Sequence record: NC_061450.1
Direction: 5' to 3' (one strand)
DNA: 64,000 nucleotides
Part shown: positions 61,570 to 64,000 of the stretch, one piece after another
How the letters are laid out: every line of letters begins with the position of its first letter
Position numbering within the stretch: position 1 is the stretch's first letter
Notes under the pieces: generated by a model
The model's database searches: none
What the model was told of the DNA's origin: nothing
The model's input: only the letters and a program-made list of their open reading frames with translations
Translations under genes and position numbers: made by a program

Positions 61570-62362
61570 TTGTCGTGGTCTGACGCGTGATGCATTAATT
61601 CCCGCAGCAGACAAGCCATGTGCGACGCAAGGAATCCAAGAAGGCTCAAAAATCTGCAAACATTTCCGTACTGATATTCATGGCCTTCGTGGCATGATGG
61701 AAAAGAACGGTGACATTCTGGTTGGGCTGTTTGAACTGTTTGCCAAACTTGAAGACCGTGACCTGCGTTTAATAGCAGGCCAGCTTCTCGGTGAAGCACG
61801 TACCCGTCGTCATGGACTCAAGATGGGTCAGCCTGTATTTGTTCGTTATCGTGGACGTGAGAAGCGCAACTACCTCAACAACTTTATGGCGGCGCGTGTG
61901 CTTGACGTTGATGATACCAACGTGCGACTGATCAGTGAAGACGGTCAGATGGTACTCACGTATCCCAACACGGGCTTTGATGGTCCGTCGATGTACAGCA
62001 AGCAGACCTTTAAACGTCTGCGTAAAGAAATGATTCAACAGGGTCGTCTGATTGACCCAGAGAAAGAAATCAAAACCAGCAAGCGTTACCTGCCAGAGGA
62101 GGCTGATGTTAAATTCTCTGCACCATCTGATCTTGACGGCATGACAATCCCACGTATGGGAGACGTAGTTAAGGGCAAGAAGGCCAAGAAGAAAGGCAAG
62201 ACCAATACTTTGGTTGATATGGTAAATATGGTTGAGAACGGCTTTGATATGGGGGCCGAAGTAGATGAGAGTGGTCAGATGGAATTAGGCGACAACAGCT
62301 ACCGTGAAAAACGTCGTGGTAAGCTCGGCAAGCGCGGTGCAGTAGACCTGGCAGATCTGTAA
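61505..62362 (+). CDS. hypothetical Cys-containing protein
   Basis: CGDC..C..C N-terminal cluster. Confidence 0.8.
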   Translation: MKKTMSTDEIKALVKSELACGDCRGLTRDALIPAADKPCATQGIQEGSKICKHFRTDIHGLRGMMEKNGDILVGLFELFAKLEDRDLRLIAGQLLGEARTRRHGLKMGQPVFVRYRGREKRNYLNNFMAARVLDVDDTNVRLISEDGQMVLTYPNTGFDGPSMYSKQTFKRLRKEMIQQGRLIDPEKEIKTSKRYLPEEADVKFSAPSDLDGMTIPRMGDVVKGKKAKKKGKTNTLVDMVNMVENGFDMGAEVDESGQMELGDNSYREKRRGKLGKRGAVDLADL

Positions 62363-62407
62363 GCAACAACCTACTATTAATCATAACTACTAATTGGGCG
62401 GATAATA

Positions 62408-63547
62408 ATGTTTGAACAAAACCCTGAGCAAACCCTCGAATCTTACATCGTGGATAACTTGTCTCTTGAGCCCGCTAGCGATAGTTTTCGCAGCGTGTAC
62501 GCGTCCACAATCCGATACCTAGCATCGGGTTATTCTTCAATCTCTGACTACCATCGGGCATTACAGGAGCATGTTGACTTCCGTGAACTGGAGTTTACTG
62601 CCGCCGATTTCCGTATTCAGATTAGCAGCGTGTGTAACTTTATTCTCAAGCTGCGTTTTTATTCGTTATCGTTGTGCTTGGCTCGTGAGCCTCGTGATAT
62701 AATCCACAGCTATGCAAAGTTTGGTGTTGCTAAACGCGATGCCATCTGGGCATGGAATACCTGCCTCAAAGATAGAATTGTGCGCAAGCAGATTGCAGCA
62801 ACAGCAAAGCTCAAGCACAAAGAACTGTGCGCCGACCTAGTAAGTCCTGGTGAACTGCGCCACAGACTAGGCCAGACAAGTGTGTTGTTTGATGAGGTGC
62901 ATCGCAATGCAACTCGTCTATGCCGTAAAAAGCTGCGCTGGGTAGCAACGGCACACAACATCCAGATGGAAGATCTGACCTGTGATATCATGTGTCAGGT
63001 GCTGACCTCTTACTATCAGTGCTTGCCGAACAACTTTACTCTCAGCCACCAGCTCAACTATTTAAGAGCTACGCTGACCAACCGTATCAACAACATGAAC
63101 AACTACTACGGTGCGGAAAAGCGCCGTCGTATGGAAAAGGTAGGCGAAGACAAGTATGAGATTGTTGTGATGAGCAACAACCAACTCCAGAAAGCGTTTG
63201 GCTCGGATGAAGATACCGTTGATTATGAAACGATGCTGGGCGAAGATGCCCGTCTTCATACTGAGCAAATGGAGAATGGCCTGACCATCAATCGCCTGTT
63301 AGAAGACAGCCAAGGCACCAAGCGCGGTAAGTTGTACATGACCGTCTTGGGTCGAGATTGTGCTGACTTCACCGATTACCTGCGTAACAACGGAATGCTC
63401 AAAGACACCATGACCTGCGCATCTGAATGGCTCATGGCTAAACCTACAACCTTCATCAGAAAGACTTTGGCCAAGTGGCTGGACGTTAACGTATGTTCTG
63501 TAAATACAGGACTAGATACTTTACGCAACGCTTTGCAGAATGCCTGA
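62408..63547 (+). CDS. probable sigma70-family RNA polymerase sigma factor
   Basis: Region-2-like EDLTCDIMCQVL..NYLRATLTNRINNMNNYY..KRR; region-4-like HTH FIRKTLAKWLDVNVCSVNTGLDTLRNAL. Confidence 0.55.
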   Translation: MFEQNPEQTLESYIVDNLSLEPASDSFRSVYASTIRYLASGYSSISDYHRALQEHVDFRELEFTAADFRIQISSVCNFILKLRFYSLSLCLAREPRDIIHSYAKFGVAKRDAIWAWNTCLKDRIVRKQIAATAKLKHKELCADLVSPGELRHRLGQTSVLFDEVHRNATRLCRKKLRWVATAHNIQMEDLTCDIMCQVLTSYYQCLPNNFTLSHQLNYLRATLTNRINNMNNYYGAEKRRRMEKVGEDKYEIVVMSNNQLQKAFGSDEDTVDYETMLGEDARLHTEQMENGLTINRLLEDSQGTKRGKLYMTVLGRDCADFTDYLRNNGMLKDTMTCASEWLMAKPTTFIRKTLAKWLDVNVCSVNTGLDTLRNALQNA

Positions 63548-63555
63548 GGTAACCC

Positions 63556-63909
63556 TTGAGTATTAAAGAACTTGAAAGAGGTGCGTTTGCTCTGTTCAGC
63601 CGTGAGGGTCTGTCAGAGGAATACAAGCGCCTGCTGTGTTACATAGTGTATAAGACCCTGAGCAGTAGTGGGCGTGCAATGCAGATGAACCGACTGATTC
63701 ATGAGATCAGCCAGCAACATGCCGTATCGCGAGAAGACGTTAAGGGTGCCTTGAGTGCCCTGCGTAGTTCAATGGCATTCAGTGCCGTGTGCATCTTTAC
63801 GGCGAGTGACCAGAACAAGCTGTGTCGTGTGTGTCCGTCAGAAAAAATAAATGCGTGGCTTCAACATGTAGAGAAGGAGCATCCGCATTTGAGTCGCGCG
63901 ATTCAGTGA
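63556..63909 (+). CDS. hypothetical protein, winged-helix-like
   Basis: GAGG SD; TTG start; helix-turn-helix-like QMNRLIHEISQQHAVSREDVKGAL. Confidence 0.65.
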   Translation: MSIKELERGAFALFSREGLSEEYKRLLCYIVYKTLSSSGRAMQMNRLIHEISQQHAVSREDVKGALSALRSSMAFSAVCIFTASDQNKLCRVCPSEKINAWLQHVEKEHPHLSRAIQ

Positions 63910-63916
63910 GGTCGTA

Positions 63917-64000
63917 ATGGAACTTTCGTCAATTGGCCTGGAGCTTCGGGCCATCAAGACTGTCACAAGCAGGTCGTTCAAAGATGCGCATAGAACGTCC
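63917..64000 (+). CDS. 5' end of a gene truncated by the window edge
   Basis: GAGG SD; MELSSIGLELRAIK... Confidence 0.65.
   Translation, partial: MELSSIGLELRAIKTVTSRSFKDAHRTS

Noticed and set aside
1-64000. Stop-codon reassignment, integrase/prophage boundaries, or phage-nucleus (chimallin/PhuZ) genes
   Set aside because: Standard code gives near-complete gene tiling; no integrase, att-like site, transposase, tubulin or chimallin motif recognised in this window

Overview
This 64 kb window is a densely coding segment, with essentially all credible genes on the + strand, that reads as part of a large lytic (jumbo) dsDNA phage of Enterobacterales. From memory its gene set resembles the Erwinia Y3 / Dickeya JA-type myoviruses; this is not verified by search. 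Recognisable products include an AcrVA2/FinQ-like protein, an AmsF/WceF-like tailspike-fold glycan enzyme, a YadA-type trimeric autotransporter, two GNAT acetyltransferases, an ABC-fold ATPase, a radical SAM enzyme, a TraR/DksA zinc finger and the UvsE UV endonuclease. Also present are dUTPase, a soluble lytic transglycosylase, an HD phosphohydrolase, GyrB- and GyrA-like topoisomerase subunits, an HNH protein and a probable sigma factor. Most other ORFs are hypothetical. The strongest unexplained structure is: (1) eleven sigma70-type promoters carrying an identically spaced upstream CAAAW-N3-TGG(WCRAAA) element; (2) a second TGTA-core motif before other genes, usually followed by a 5' hairpin, which is a candidate late promoter for the phage sigma factor; (3) two G.U-rich structured non-coding regions flanking a two-gene cassette at 40.9-42.3 kb; (4) an 11 kb cluster of very acidic and very basic low-complexity proteins sharing small helical modules; and (5) an identical MAKAAKP N-terminus on both topoisomerase subunits. 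I saw no complete tRNA, rRNA, CRISPR array, integrase or transposase. All family calls come from motif recognition by eye, with no database searches. Start codons were adjusted to the nearest Shine-Dalgarno-supported start where one was evident.
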